Positions 28,176 through 38,095 are shown, counted from the first letter of the stretch. The stretch: DNA of 64,000 nucleotides from an uncultured virus (IMG/VR IMGVR_UViG_3300035423_000032) (IMGVR_UViG_3300035423_000032:1-64000); one strand, 5' to 3'. Notes: generated from the letters alone by a model not told the origin. Numbers and translations: made by a program.

Positions 28176-28202
28176 ATATGGGCGGGCGCAAGCCCGCGTA
28201 TA

Positions 28203-28367
28203 TTATTGATTATTTATTTTTACTGTCGCAACCAGCTTTTTGCTGACCTCAAACACTTTAATACCGTCTTTTGAAGAATGCACTTCTATGTGATTCCCTC
28301 TTTTAAGCGCGGCGTTAGCTGCCTTTTCTATGCTTGGGTTTTTCATAACTTCTTGCAAATCATTCAT
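28203..28367 (-). CDS. Small hypothetical protein (54 aa)
   Basis: ATG overlaps the portal stop; MNDLQEV...LKRGNHIEVH..KDGIKVFEV.KK. Confidence 0.6.
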   Translation of the reverse strand: MNDLQEVMKNPSIEKAANAALKRGNHIEVHSSKDGIKVFEVSKKLVATVKINNQ

Positions 28368-30243
28368 TGCCATCGGTACTTTCACCCTCGCTTTGTTTCT
28401 GCACCTTAGTTTCTTCAACTTCTTGCTCAGTCTTCTGTGGTGCACCCGTCTGTTTGGGTGTTGCCGACTGGTCGTTCGCCGACTGTGTATATGAAGTTTT
28501 AGGCGGTATTAAGTAATCGAGTAAGCCACTTTCCTTAACCGCTCTGCTCATTGAGAGTTTATCAAGGATTGACTGTCCGTCAAGGGCCGCAAGCACAAAC
28601 CACGCCGAAAGGTCGCCTATGTTTAACTGTTTCATTGCGTCTGCACGCATTGTAGCTTCCGCGTATATATCGCCAAACATTTGGAAGTGCCACTCATATT
28701 CAAGATTAAGACTCTCAAATAAGTGGTTGACCATATTTTCAAGCGTTCTATATATACAGATAGGGAATTGCGCTTCGAGCTTTGCGGAATACTGCGATAT
28801 GCCTTGGTGCGGGTTCTCGTTTGCAGGAATTAGTGCGGTCAGCCCCGCCTTTTCCATTACATACGAATTGAAACTCGAAGAAATATCGTTTGCGTTTGCC
28901 GCCTCTGCGTAATCGTGGCTCTTAATGTTTTGTACTGGTGCCGTAAAGAACGCCGTACCACCCGTGTTGGAATTTGCCATAAGCATATTCCAGTAAATTT
29001 CAAACAGCTTTCGAGAGTCTAAGGAAAGACTGAAAGCGTCTTCTTCGGACGCACCGTCATTTTGACTGCGGTAAGGAATTTCGCCAGTAAAGATTTTAAC
29101 GAGCGGGTTCACAACTATGCTGAGCTGTGCCGCCTCGAAGTCCGCTTGCTGTGTAAATGACTGCATAAGTCCCGACATAGGCGGCGCAATGATAGGTGTT
29201 GTATCGTCTATCTCGAACGTCCACACGCGGTCAATAGGTAACGTAACATCGTATGCCCAGCGTCCGTTCTGCATAAACATTTTTGGGTTGCCTGCGCCGC
29301 TACTGTTTACATTGTCGATATGCAGACAATATTTGCGGTTGCCGACTTCTATATTGCAAGTTCTGTCGGAAAGCTCGGTTGCACCATCTGTGGGTTGACC
29401 GCCAATTTTTTGACATTCGCTTGCGTAAACGAAAGCACGGCTTTTCTTCTCGTCTTTCTTCTTTTGGAAGATTGCATCGAAGTCTTCCATATACGGTTCA
29501 AACAGGTCGCCGTATTGCCGCCAGTCTGTACCGGGCTGAAGAAAGTACATTAAGTTGAAAGAGATTGTATATTTGGTTATGTTGTTAAAGCCTATGATTT
29601 TACACCACTCTTGAGGAAGTTGTTGGTAAAACATATACTTAACTTTATTGTGTGAGCGGTCTATATTGTGCCGCAGTATGTAAAATGATTTGCCGAATAT
29701 GTTTGACTGTCCGTTTGCTTGATGCCCAAGTTGTTCAACTTTGACCGCTTTCTCGATTTTATCAACTAAACGGAATTCGCGCCAGAATTCGTCAGACTTT
29801 GCGCTGTCCTTTTCGAGATACTGGGGAATCGTGAAATGACGATAGGTTAATATGTCGGCATATAGTTTAGTTATTTTGAAGTACGGATAGACCGTAAACC
29901 TTAACGCCTGCGATATTTGCTGTAATTGCTTTTCACTTGACTGCGGTGCCGTTAAGAATTCGCCGAGTTCGGCTTTGCTGTAATCGGCAGGAAGTGGCGA
30001 AATAGTTTTTACACGTTGGTTCTGAATGCTCGCTTGATTTGCCATAGCGCGCCCCGCCCTTGTAAACGCGGAATAAATCGCGTCGTTGGGCAGAGAGCCA
30101 AACTTAGCCGCAAGTTGGTGAAACCGCTCTAATGTGTCGGCGGTATATGAAGTTTTAGGCTTGGGGGGCGGTGTATCTTGCGGTGCAGGTAATGTAACCG
30201 TTTGACCGCTCGCACCTCTCGTCCCTTTCTTTTTATTTCCCAC
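28360..30243 (-). CDS. Portal protein
   Basis: 627 aa between terminase and protease; QQLP..WCKI.G, F...YF and PP..G.. patterns. Confidence 0.8.
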   Translation of the reverse strand: MGNKKKGTRGASGQTVTLPAPQDTPPPKPKTSYTADTLERFHQLAAKFGSLPNDAIYSAFTRAGRAMANQASIQNQRVKTISPLPADYSKAELGEFLTAPQSSEKQLQQISQALRFTVYPYFKITKLYADILTYRHFTIPQYLEKDSAKSDEFWREFRLVDKIEKAVKVEQLGHQANGQSNIFGKSFYILRHNIDRSHNKVKYMFYQQLPQEWCKIIGFNNITKYTISFNLMYFLQPGTDWRQYGDLFEPYMEDFDAIFQKKKDEKKSRAFVYASECQKIGGQPTDGATELSDRTCNIEVGNRKYCLHIDNVNSSGAGNPKMFMQNGRWAYDVTLPIDRVWTFEIDDTTPIIAPPMSGLMQSFTQQADFEAAQLSIVVNPLVKIFTGEIPYRSQNDGASEEDAFSLSLDSRKLFEIYWNMLMANSNTGGTAFFTAPVQNIKSHDYAEAANANDISSSFNSYVMEKAGLTALIPANENPHQGISQYSAKLEAQFPICIYRTLENMVNHLFESLNLEYEWHFQMFGDIYAEATMRADAMKQLNIGDLSAWFVLAALDGQSILDKLSMSRAVKESGLLDYLIPPKTSYTQSANDQSATPKQTGAPQKTEQEVEETKVQKQSEGESTDGNE

Positions 30244-30272
30244 TTGCGTCCTCGTATTTATTTACTTATGGA

Positions 30273-30635
30273 TTACTGCTTTTTCTTTTTGGCTTTGGGT
30301 TTAGTGTTGTCGTTATTACTATTATTATTGATTTTTTCCTGCTCGGCGGCGAGTTCTTTCTCAACGTTGTCAAGGAAATTATTCAAATAGTTTGTATAAG
30401 ATTGTTGGTTCTTTTGAATGGCTGCACTGTTTACTGCGTACTTGCAACCGAGCAACCATTCGTGTTCTTCTCTTGAAAGCTGGTCTTCGGGAACCTTTAC
30501 AAAATCTTCGCCCGGCTTAGTGTCGGTATATAAAAGTAAATACTGCATGTGGCTCGGTATAAACGAATACTTTACACCTTTCGGCACTTCAAGGGTTCGC
30601 CCCGCATAGAGCTTAAATTTTTTTACTCTCGGCAT
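30273..30635 (-). CDS. Hypothetical protein
   Basis: ATG overlaps the TerL stop (TAATG); track ORF 30273-30755. Confidence 0.7.
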   Translation of the reverse strand: MPRVKKFKLYAGRTLEVPKGVKYSFIPSHMQYLLLYTDTKPGEDFVKVPEDQLSREEHEWLLGCKYAVNSAAIQKNQQSYTNYLNNFLDNVEKELAAEQEKINNNSNNDNTKPKAKKKKQ

Positions 30636-32476
30636 TATTTTCTTCCACCAGTCCTTAAACCTAAAAGCCTGTTCCTTTCCGATGCTATTGTTGTTGGCGC
30701 ACCGCCGACACCTATCGAACCGCCACCGCGCACCTTTGCGATTTCGTCTTCCCAAGAGCTCTTGCGCTTGTAGTTCGCGCTCTTTAATTTACCTTCAAGG
30801 ATCTGCGCCATTCTTAACCCGTACTTTAAAGCTGACCAGTCGTCGCGTTGTACCGCTTTTGACTTCCTTTCTTCCTTTACGGTTGTACCTGCGGTTGATG
30901 CGCGCAGGTTTTGAATTTGCTGGCAGAGTTCGTCGGTTTTCTTGTAGGGAATAACTATTCTGGAATCTGCAAAATTGTCTTTTATATTGTGCTTGAGTTT
31001 GTACTGTTCAATGCCGTCGTAAATATTTACGGTGAGCAATTCAACGTTGCCTTGTTCAAACTCAATCTGTGCATAGCGTATCATTTCCGCATCTTCGTCG
31101 TGAGAACCGCGAGTACCCGCTTTTAAGGGATATATGACGGGCAATGCGTGTGGCTGTTCAAGTTCACGATAGCGCATGTGCTCATAACAGCAGAGCGGTA
31201 ACGAACCGTCATTCGTGGGTTTCATAAGTTCTTCTATGACACTTTTGCCGTAGGCTTGTGCGTCGATAACAAGATATGTCGTGCCCGCCGAATTGCAACA
31301 ATATTTGCGCCATAACGCTTTAAGTTTCATAGCTTGGTGGTAGTCGGTTGCGGGCGGTGCATAACTGTCCACATATACCACTTGCTTTCTGTACTTGTCG
31401 CGCTTATGTACTTGCGTATATTTTGTAAGTTTGATTACAGTGTCGGCGCACTTTGCGTTTTTAGCACCATCTTCATAAGATACGTCGTGCGCCACAATGT
31501 AGATAACTTCAGGGTCGCCGCAATGACTATCTTCCATAGCAAGCAGCTTACGACTTTTAGAAAGCGTTTCATCGGTTACTATCGGGTTATCACTCGAACC
31601 CGTATATGTACCGCTCATTTGGCGCAAGAAGTCGTCAATGGTCATTGTTCGGCGAAGGTCTTCAACATATGAGATACTTCGTATGTTTGTTATGACTGAG
31701 ATTTCCCAGCTCATATCAATTACAAGCGCAAGTCCCATTTCGCCGCTTATCATTTGCTGTAAAAAGTTATTATGGTATTTATAATACGCTGCGTTGAGCC
31801 TACTGCTCGCGTTCGTGATTATCTTAATCTTGTTGTTAATATGTACGGGGTCAGGCATTTTATTGACGGACCTCGTTAAACGATTTGTAGGTAATACCTT
31901 ACTTTCAAAATCGTTAAAGTCGAATTTCGGGTCGGTTTCCTGTCCAATTTCTTCCGCGTTCAACTGCGAGCAGTTACCGCCCTGAATTGCACCGATGGCA
32001 AGTTCCGAACCATATATCGTGATAATCTTGAATAGGTCTTTTGTTTCCGATTTGATTATCCAGCAACTTGCGAGCGCGGGGTAATTCTTTTCGATTTGGT
32101 GAAATGCCGTTGCTGCGAGTTCCGCACCTTGTTTAAGTGATGGTGCGTAGTATCTGATAACTTCACCCGGCGACAGTACACCGTCTATCATATCCGACAG
32201 CATAATGCAGTACGTTTTGGTTATGCCACGCGGACCAGTAATCATTGTTTTTTGGTTTCGCGCAAACGCTCTTAATATAAGACGTTGCGGAAGTTCCAAA
32301 GAATAATCGGAATTGTCGCTTTCGATTATGTCAAGAAAGTAATCGGGGTACCAGCGGAAAAATGAAATAAGAAGTGCCGACGATTCTTGGTTTATGCTTT
32401 CATAGTCAAATGCTTGCTGGGTGTCCTTGTCTATCCAGCGTCCCATTTGCTTGCTGTAAGTCTTTCCAGTCGGCAT
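30635..32476 (-). CDS. terL: Terminase large subunit
   Basis: Walker A GPRGITKT, Walker B-like LNAEE, nuclease AHDVS, IDAQAYG and RDDWSAL. Confidence 0.88.
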   Translation of the reverse strand: MPTGKTYSKQMGRWIDKDTQQAFDYESINQESSALLISFFRWYPDYFLDIIESDNSDYSLELPQRLILRAFARNQKTMITGPRGITKTYCIMLSDMIDGVLSPGEVIRYYAPSLKQGAELAATAFHQIEKNYPALASCWIIKSETKDLFKIITIYGSELAIGAIQGGNCSQLNAEEIGQETDPKFDFNDFESKVLPTNRLTRSVNKMPDPVHINNKIKIITNASSRLNAAYYKYHNNFLQQMISGEMGLALVIDMSWEISVITNIRSISYVEDLRRTMTIDDFLRQMSGTYTGSSDNPIVTDETLSKSRKLLAMEDSHCGDPEVIYIVAHDVSYEDGAKNAKCADTVIKLTKYTQVHKRDKYRKQVVYVDSYAPPATDYHQAMKLKALWRKYCCNSAGTTYLVIDAQAYGKSVIEELMKPTNDGSLPLCCYEHMRYRELEQPHALPVIYPLKAGTRGSHDEDAEMIRYAQIEFEQGNVELLTVNIYDGIEQYKLKHNIKDNFADSRIVIPYKKTDELCQQIQNLRASTAGTTVKEERKSKAVQRDDWSALKYGLRMAQILEGKLKSANYKRKSSWEDEIAKVRGGGSIGVGGAPTTIASERNRLLGLRTGGRK

Positions 32477-33567
32477 TATTCTTCACCGCCGTCGCTGTTA
32501 CTGTCATTCTTTCTTATCGGGGTTAAATTCGCGTACTTTTTACGTTTCTTCTCATCGTCCGTTTCTTCTGACGAGAATTCCCCAAGTTCGTCGTCAACCG
32601 TCAATTCAGCAGGCAACTCATAGACTGCTGCAAGGTCAGCGTTCTGTCTTACACAGTTGTACATTTTAAGCATTGACTGGTCTAACACGTCAAGAGTGTA
32701 GTTGTATTTACGTTTGCGCAATAGATTTTTGTCTATTGCCGCTATGGTATCTGCAAGGTTAAGGAATTTTCCGTCAGCCATTAACCCTGCGCGTTCGAGC
32801 GCAACAACCCACGCATCGGGTCTAAAATGCTCAACAGGCTTCTCGTCTTTTTTGCGCATACTCTCGGCTGCGAGAGTTTTATCTATCATATCGGTTAGAG
32901 TTTTTGCGCCCGTAAAGTTACCCTTTTCGATTAGCTTATCTAACTTTAAACTCCACTTTGCAACGTTCATAAGAGCGTTTTCTTGTTGAAGTGTTAAGGT
33001 CTGCCCCTTAAAACTGCTTTCACGCGCCTCATAAAGACGGTCAAGTTCATCGTAATCTTCACTGGTCTTCCAGTCAGGGTTTGTGCCCCACTTCGCTCTT
33101 TGTTCGGGCGTGCCGGGAAGTTTACTGAGCTTTGCGCGCTCGTTGACGATATGTTTTACGAAATCTTTCTCGGTTAAATCTTTACCGAAGATTTCGCGCA
33201 TATTTGTAACGCCGTCAAAAAAGGTAAGTATCTTTCTACCCTTGCGGTCTTCCTTTTTCTCAGAAAGGCAGTTAATATAGGTTATCCAAGGGTCTTTGCA
33301 AGTATCGAAATCTTTAACGTCTTCAAGTACAATCGGCTTGCAGGGCACATTCAGCGCGGCGCAAGCGTGGAAAAGTGCAATGTATCTTCCTTCGGTGTGA
33401 GCCAGCTTTTCATAAAAGTCTTGTTCACAGCTAATGCAAAGGTGGCTAAGTCCATTCACGCTAAAAGACGCAGAAACCTGCCGACAGTTATCTTCTGTCA
33501 GTTCTGCGCCGCAGCAATGGCAATATTCGGTTGTTGAAAAGTTTCTCTCACTCTCATTGTTTGACAT
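32476..33567 (-). CDS. Putative terminase small subunit with N-terminal Zn finger
   Basis: CHCC...CISC; coupled to terL; first gene after the late promoter. Confidence 0.6.
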   Translation of the reverse strand: MSNNESERNFSTTEYCHCCGAELTEDNCRQVSASFSVNGLSHLCISCEQDFYEKLAHTEGRYIALFHACAALNVPCKPIVLEDVKDFDTCKDPWITYINCLSEKKEDRKGRKILTFFDGVTNMREIFGKDLTEKDFVKHIVNERAKLSKLPGTPEQRAKWGTNPDWKTSEDYDELDRLYEARESSFKGQTLTLQQENALMNVAKWSLKLDKLIEKGNFTGAKTLTDMIDKTLAAESMRKKDEKPVEHFRPDAWVVALERAGLMADGKFLNLADTIAAIDKNLLRKRKYNYTLDVLDQSMLKMYNCVRQNADLAAVYELPAELTVDDELGEFSSEETDDEKKRKKYANLTPIRKNDSNSDGGEE

Positions 33568-33568
33568 A

Positions 33569-33600
33569 GAAAAACGCCGTACAGCATTGCTATACGGCGT
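33569..33600 (-). terminator. Intrinsic terminator-like hairpin immediately before the first late gene
   Basis: ACGCCGUAUAGC-AAU-GCUGUACGGCGU followed by UUUUC. Confidence 0.65.
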
Positions 33601-33745
33601 GAATTCACAAAAACAAGTAAACGGAAAGATAGCAACACTGAATAATCAATGTTCGTAGCCAACTGCTTTGCAACGCATTCGCGGGTGGAAAATACATTCC
33701 GATTTACTGCATTAGTATGTTGTTGAAAATATTTAATTTTATTAT

Positions 33746-33774
33746 ATATTATCAACATTTATTTTTTTTGTCAA
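33746..33774 (-). promoter_or_regulatory. Putative sigmaA late promoter
   Basis: TTGACA-17 bp-TAATAT with TGn extension. Confidence 0.6.
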
Positions 33775-33814
33775 TAGAATTTTTCCTAAATTCTTGCACA
33801 TTTTAGGAAATTTT

Positions 33815-34039
33815 TTAATTTTTCTTGACTTTCCAAATAGTTTCGGACTCAATTTTATTTTTTTGTCCACACCGTTCGCAGGTAATTGTAACACTGCCAC
33901 CGTTCTCTTTTGTTGAAATTTCGACTGAACGTCCGTGCCGGGCGGTGGTTATTTTTCCGTCAGCTTGTATGTAAGCTAATATATTCGAGCACGGCTTTTC
34001 ATTTAACTTTCCGCAACACCTTATTGCTATTTTTCCCAC
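33815..34039 (-). CDS. Small Zn-ribbon protein, Mu Com-like
   Basis: RCC..PCSNILA...ITCERCGQKN; AAGGGGG SD before GTG at 34039 (track start 34072). Confidence 0.6.
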   Translation of the reverse strand: MGKIAIRCCGKLNEKPCSNILAYIQADGKITTARHGRSVEISTKENGGSVTITCERCGQKNKIESETIWKVKKN

Positions 34040-34141
34040 GATAGACCCCCTTATATGGCGCAAATAACGCAAAATTCAAGAATAAAAACTATTACTGTTG
34101 ATATTGATAAGACAGACTTCATTTTTCTTAACATTGACCTT

Positions 34142-34678
34142 TTAAACCTCCCTAATATGACACCAAGGCGTGGGTGCTTGTGTGATATTCGCGCCGCAAC
34201 GAATTGATTCGAGTGGGCTATCATTCAACTTATATTTGCACTTTCCGCATTTTTGTTTTTTATTCGGGCAACGGTGCTTAAATTGCCCAAGGGTCATAGG
34301 TTTATCAAGTATTGTAAGTTCTGATACATTCCAAGCATAATTGAAAGGATGCTTGTCGCTCTTTTCAAGTTCGTTTATTTTATCGCAAATGAAACTGAGT
34401 GGAACCTTGCCGTTTATGATTTCAAACTTCAATGACTGGTTAGGACTTGCAGGTATTCCTTCGCTGATATATGGCGCGGAATCGCCGTCCTTGATATGAA
34501 ATAAACGTGGCAGTATTCCGTCAACTTTGAATGTTTCGTGGCTACTGCAGTATGCGTAAACCTTAAACGGCGGTTTAAGATAATGATGAATTACCCACGG
34601 AATATCCTTGATTTCCCCGTCAATCAGTCCCTTAATTATTCCTATCGGCAAACATAAAAGTATTGTATCCATAATCAC
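34142..34678 (-). CDS. Divergent ASCH/PUA-like protein
   Basis: PFKVYAYC..NGKV..FICD..YAW.VS.L...D.P..L..F..AP..W; paralogous to 47330-47884. Confidence 0.6.
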   Translation of the reverse strand: MIMDTILLCLPIGIIKGLIDGEIKDIPWVIHHYLKPPFKVYAYCSSHETFKVDGILPRLFHIKDGDSAPYISEGIPASPNQSLKFEIINGKVPLSFICDKINELEKSDKHPFNYAWNVSELTILDKPMTLGQFKHRCPNKKQKCGKCKYKLNDSPLESIRCGANITQAPTPWCHIREV

Positions 34679-34866
34679 TCGTCCTTCTTTGATTTATACG
34701 CATCGTCGTCTATCTTTAAGAATATAGGGTTGCAGAATTGTAACCGTGTTCCGTCCTGCTCTATGTAAGCACAAACAGTAGGCGAAAGAATTTGAACTAT
34801 GTAAACGACATTGTTTGTCTGTTTATCTATTACCTTAATTCTCACTTTCTGCCTCCGTTGGCTCAC
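34675..34866 (-). CDS. Hypothetical protein
   Basis: Overlap packing. Confidence 0.5.
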   Translation of the reverse strand: MSQRRQKVRIKVIDKQTNNVVYIVQILSPTVCAYIEQDGTRLQFCNPIFLKIDDDAYKSKKDE

Positions 34867-35236
34867 AATTCTTATCTGTAAAAGTTATCTTTCTCTTTAG
34901 ACGTTGCCAGAGCGTTAATTTTTCCTCTACTTTCCCTGTTCCTGTAATAATCTTGCACGGTAGCCCTATAATGGACTGTAATACGTCTTCAACGTCGTCA
35001 ATAAGCACCTGCCCTTGTTTGTGCCTGTAAGAACTTCCAAGCTCTATCCCCCTTGATACGCAAGAGTATATACTTAATGGTGTAGGAATGTTTCGGTTTA
35101 AACGTTTAGCCATTTGTTCTATGAACTTACAGCGTTCGCGGCTCGCGCAAACAATAATGAGTTGGTCTTTTTCTGCCTCTTTTATAAGCTCGGTGGTCTT
35201 CCCTTTACCCCTGCGCCATATAATAAATTTACTCAC
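34835..35236 (-). CDS. Small P-loop protein
   Basis: RGKGKTT and VLIDD motifs. Confidence 0.65.
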   Translation of the reverse strand: MSKFIIWRRGKGKTTELIKEAEKDQLIIVCASRERCKFIEQMAKRLNRNIPTPLSIYSCVSRGIELGSSYRHKQGQVLIDDVEDVLQSIIGLPCKIITGTGKVEEKLTLWQRLKRKITFTDKNCEPTEAESEN

Positions 35237-35849
35237 TTTTAGCCTCCACGCCGTATTGTTTTTCGTATTTGTTTACTTCGTCTTCCGTAAGGTCGTATTG
35301 ACGGAATACATTGTCGCAAAGTTCTCTCAATTCCTTAAAGAAAGCTATACTCTTTTCTTTCAGACTGTTATTTTCCGCTTGCAGATCCGCCAGCTTTTCG
35401 GCAGGGGTCTGCCCGTCCGTTTTTTGAATAGTTAAGGCATATCTGGCACCCTTTCGATTATCAAGCTCAACCGTAGTGGTGAAGAAATTCTTTCCGCCGT
35501 TCTGCTCGAATATCTGAATTATAGTTGCCATAAACGCTTTGCAGTGTTCGCTTTCAAGCGACATATCGATTGCGCCGTTTTGCATATTGAGCGCATAGAG
35601 TTTGACCGCCTGAGCGTCTTCCACCCTTTCTTTAAGAGAACTTATGTAGTCCCAAATATCTTTTTGTGTTCCTTTGGGAAGACCGCCTATGTACCGTTTA
35701 ATTTGTTGTTCGCGTTCTTCGTCGGTGGCGGTCATAATATCCGATTCTCTGTATTTGCAAATCGTATCGTTTTGAGCGACGGGGCAATAATCGGTGCAGT
35801 AGGGGCACTTATCATTTGTACAGAATTCGTCTTTATACCACTTACACAT
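35229..35849 (-). CDS. Hypothetical protein with Cys-rich N-terminus
   Basis: CKW...C...CPYC..YCP...C. Confidence 0.65.
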   Translation of the reverse strand: MCKWYKDEFCTNDKCPYCTDYCPVAQNDTICKYRESDIMTATDEEREQQIKRYIGGLPKGTQKDIWDYISSLKERVEDAQAVKLYALNMQNGAIDMSLESEHCKAFMATIIQIFEQNGGKNFFTTTVELDNRKGARYALTIQKTDGQTPAEKLADLQAENNSLKEKSIAFFKELRELCDNVFRQYDLTEDEVNKYEKQYGVEAKSE

Positions 35850-36211
35850 TATCGTGTTACCTCTATATAGATTCCATTAAAAAAGTTGAAATATTTAATG
35901 GGAATTTCCCATTGTTGCGCGAGAAGTATTTCGTCTTGCATTCCCGCACTTATGTAAGTGCCGAATACCCAAATTTCGGCGCAGTGTCTTAAAATTTGCC
36001 TACCCATCTCTAAGGCTTTTCCTCGCTCGTCGGGGTCATTATCGTCTAAGAATTGCGGAAAAATTATATGCGGCGCAAGTGGTGTATGTCCTTGGTCAAA
36101 AACAAATCGACTATAATTTATAGCATTGGTAATATTGTCGAATTGACTATGCCCTTCATATTCTTTTAGGGGCGAACACACAAATACCAAATCGCGGGGT
36201 TTTCCATTCAT
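35849..36211 (-). CDS. DUF4406/nucleoside deoxyribosyltransferase-like protein
   Basis: VFVCSP, P.APH..FPQFLDD, C.EIWVFG..IS.GM..E motifs. Confidence 0.75.
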   Translation of the reverse strand: MNGKPRDLVFVCSPLKEYEGHSQFDNITNAINYSRFVFDQGHTPLAPHIIFPQFLDDNDPDERGKALEMGRQILRHCAEIWVFGTYISAGMQDEILLAQQWEIPIKYFNFFNGIYIEVTR

Positions 36212-36212
36212 T

Positions 36213-36590
36213 TTATAATGCCGACCAGACGAGCCAAGTAAACACGATTTGGGTAATGTGAATTGACTGGTCTGTAATAAGGTTAATTTTTCGCCTGTTT
36301 GCCTTGAAATCGTCCACGGTGGCGTGTATTGCCATATTTACTGCAAGCATTAAATAGACCGCCCAGTGTGGGTCCCAAGTCGATGCGTATAGTATCGGCA
36401 ATGTAATCATAATAGCCCAGCTAAGCGCATGCACTATCAAAGCCGCTATGTAATCGTGTTTGTAGAGCTTATCAGGCGCATTTGCTTTCCACCAACCCTT
36501 TTGTTTCATTGACGCGAGAATGCCTTGCAAATAAAAGTCGTCAACTATATGGGCTAAAAACATTAGAATTAAAACTACGAATATACTCAC
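36213..36590 (-). CDS. DUF3307-like membrane protein
   Basis: H..DDFYLQ, HA..W, H..VDD.K and DQ..H motifs. Confidence 0.8.
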   Translation of the reverse strand: MSIFVVLILMFLAHIVDDFYLQGILASMKQKGWWKANAPDKLYKHDYIAALIVHALSWAIMITLPILYASTWDPHWAVYLMLAVNMAIHATVDDFKANRRKINLITDQSIHITQIVFTWLVWSAL

Positions 36591-36591
36591 T

Positions 36592-36828
36592 TTAATCTTC
36601 CTCCGTATTAAAAGGGTCTGTTTCGTTTTTGTCAGCTTTTTTCTTGCATTTGGTTTCTATAATTTCAAAGTCCAAGAAACTTAATATCGGCACAGTCAAA
36701 AACCATAAATAGTTCATATTCCCGGACCATATCGAAAGGAATACACTCATTGCGATAAACGCAAGATTTGTAATGCACCAGCAGATGATATATGCTATTT
36801 TCAATTCAGTTTCTCCTTGGGAATACAC
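36592..36828 (-). CDS. Small membrane protein
   Basis: Two hydrophobic segments. Confidence 0.55.
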   Translation of the reverse strand: MYSQGETELKIAYIICWCITNLAFIAMSVFLSIWSGNMNYLWFLTVPILSFLDFEIIETKCKKKADKNETDPFNTEED

Positions 36829-37211
36829 TCAGTGATTTTTGCACCACACTGGGGACAGAAGTGCATATTGTGACTTTTTGGTGTTCCACCTTCCATTAAG
36901 GTCCAAGCCTCGCCGCACTTATCGCATACCCAAGCCTTATCTTCGTCGCTGTTGCCCATAACTGTTTCTATGTAGTTGCAGGTTTCGCGCTTTTCGTAGC
37001 CTTCCTCTATTACAGCCTTAGCCAGAAAAGGAATGAATGCTTGTTCAAGAATATCGTTTATTACCACAGCCGATTTATCGTCCAAGTAATGTTCCTTACC
37101 TTCGCCGTCAGTGAATACGGGTTCAACGTTTGCGGAATTACTTTTCTCAAACATAAAGTTGTGTAGTTCTGCAATAGCTTTTTCTTTCTTCTTATCTTTA
37201 AAACTGCTCAC
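36801..37211 (-). CDS. Hypothetical protein with C-terminal Zn ribbon
   Basis: CDKCG...FCPQCGAKI. Confidence 0.7.
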   Translation of the reverse strand: MSSFKDKKKEKAIAELHNFMFEKSNSANVEPVFTDGEGKEHYLDDKSAVVINDILEQAFIPFLAKAVIEEGYEKRETCNYIETVMGNSDEDKAWVCDKCGEAWTLMEGGTPKSHNMHFCPQCGAKITECIPKEKLN

Positions 37212-37213
37212 AA

Positions 37214-37372
37214 TTATTCCTCCGTTTTTATTTTGCGGTAGTTCCGCTTATACAGACCGTTGGCAAGCGTTGTGCTGTCGCACTGTCTGAAATTGATACC
37301 CATAATCTCGGTTATGTCCTTGACCAGTTCTTCAATTTCCTGCTCGCTCTGCTCGTCTATAATTTCTTCCAT
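37214..37372 (-). CDS. Small hypothetical protein (52 aa)
   Basis: AAGGAGAG SD; MEEIIDEQ...YRKIKTEE; below the ORF track cutoff. Confidence 0.6.
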   Translation of the reverse strand: MEEIIDEQSEQEIEELVKDITEIMGINFRQCDSTTLANGLYKRNYRKIKTEE

Positions 37373-37384
37373 AGCCTCTCCTTT

Positions 37385-38095
37385 TCAATTAAGTAAATCA
37401 AATATACTCACTTGCGCGGTTTCCTGCTCGAACCACTTTGTCCCTTTCTTGAAGTAGCCTTTTGAAATCTCAAAACCTATGTATCTTCGTTTAAGTTTAT
37501 GACAAGCAATTCTGAGCGATTGAGAACCAGCGAAAGGGTCAAGAATCAAGTCGCCTTCTTTGGTATAGTGGTTGAGCAACATAGTCCAAAGCTGGGTCGG
37601 TTTTTGCGTGGGATGAAAGCGGTAGTCCTTATTCGCCATATCGCCTTGTAGCATTCCGTTAAACATATAGTGGAATACTCGCGCCACACCTTGACTGCAC
37701 CACGCAAGTTCACAATCGCTAAAACTGTTCCGTAGTTTATCGTCGCAACGCTTGTCCCATACTACCCAAGACTTCGTTACTGGAAGAACGTCTGTATAGT
37801 AGTTGCCACCGAAAAGAATTTGATTACCCGAAAGCTCAAATATCAGGTCGAAAAACTCTTTCCCGATTCTCTCGTTGTCCCAAAGATTATCTTTGCAAGT
37901 GTAGTCCCGGCGCGTTGCCGCAGCCTTACCCGCTATCGCCACGCCGTTCGTATATGTCATTGTTCCGACACCTATTCCGTAGGGCGGATCGGTTATGCAC
38001 CAGTCGGCTTTTATGCCTTGCTCTTTCATAAGTTGCATACCGACCTTACAGTCCAAGTTGTAGCACTGGTTTACTTCGAGTTTCAACTTACACAC
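37385..38095 (-). CDS. N6A/N4C DNA methyltransferase (beta class)
   Basis: TDPPY, HPTQKP and LDPFAGS motifs. Confidence 0.9.
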   Translation of the reverse strand: MCKLKLEVNQCYNLDCKVGMQLMKEQGIKADWCITDPPYGIGVGTMTYTNGVAIAGKAAATRRDYTCKDNLWDNERIGKEFFDLIFELSGNQILFGGNYYTDVLPVTKSWVVWDKRCDDKLRNSFSDCELAWCSQGVARVFHYMFNGMLQGDMANKDYRFHPTQKPTQLWTMLLNHYTKEGDLILDPFAGSQSLRIACHKLKRRYIGFEISKGYFKKGTKWFEQETAQVSIFDLLN

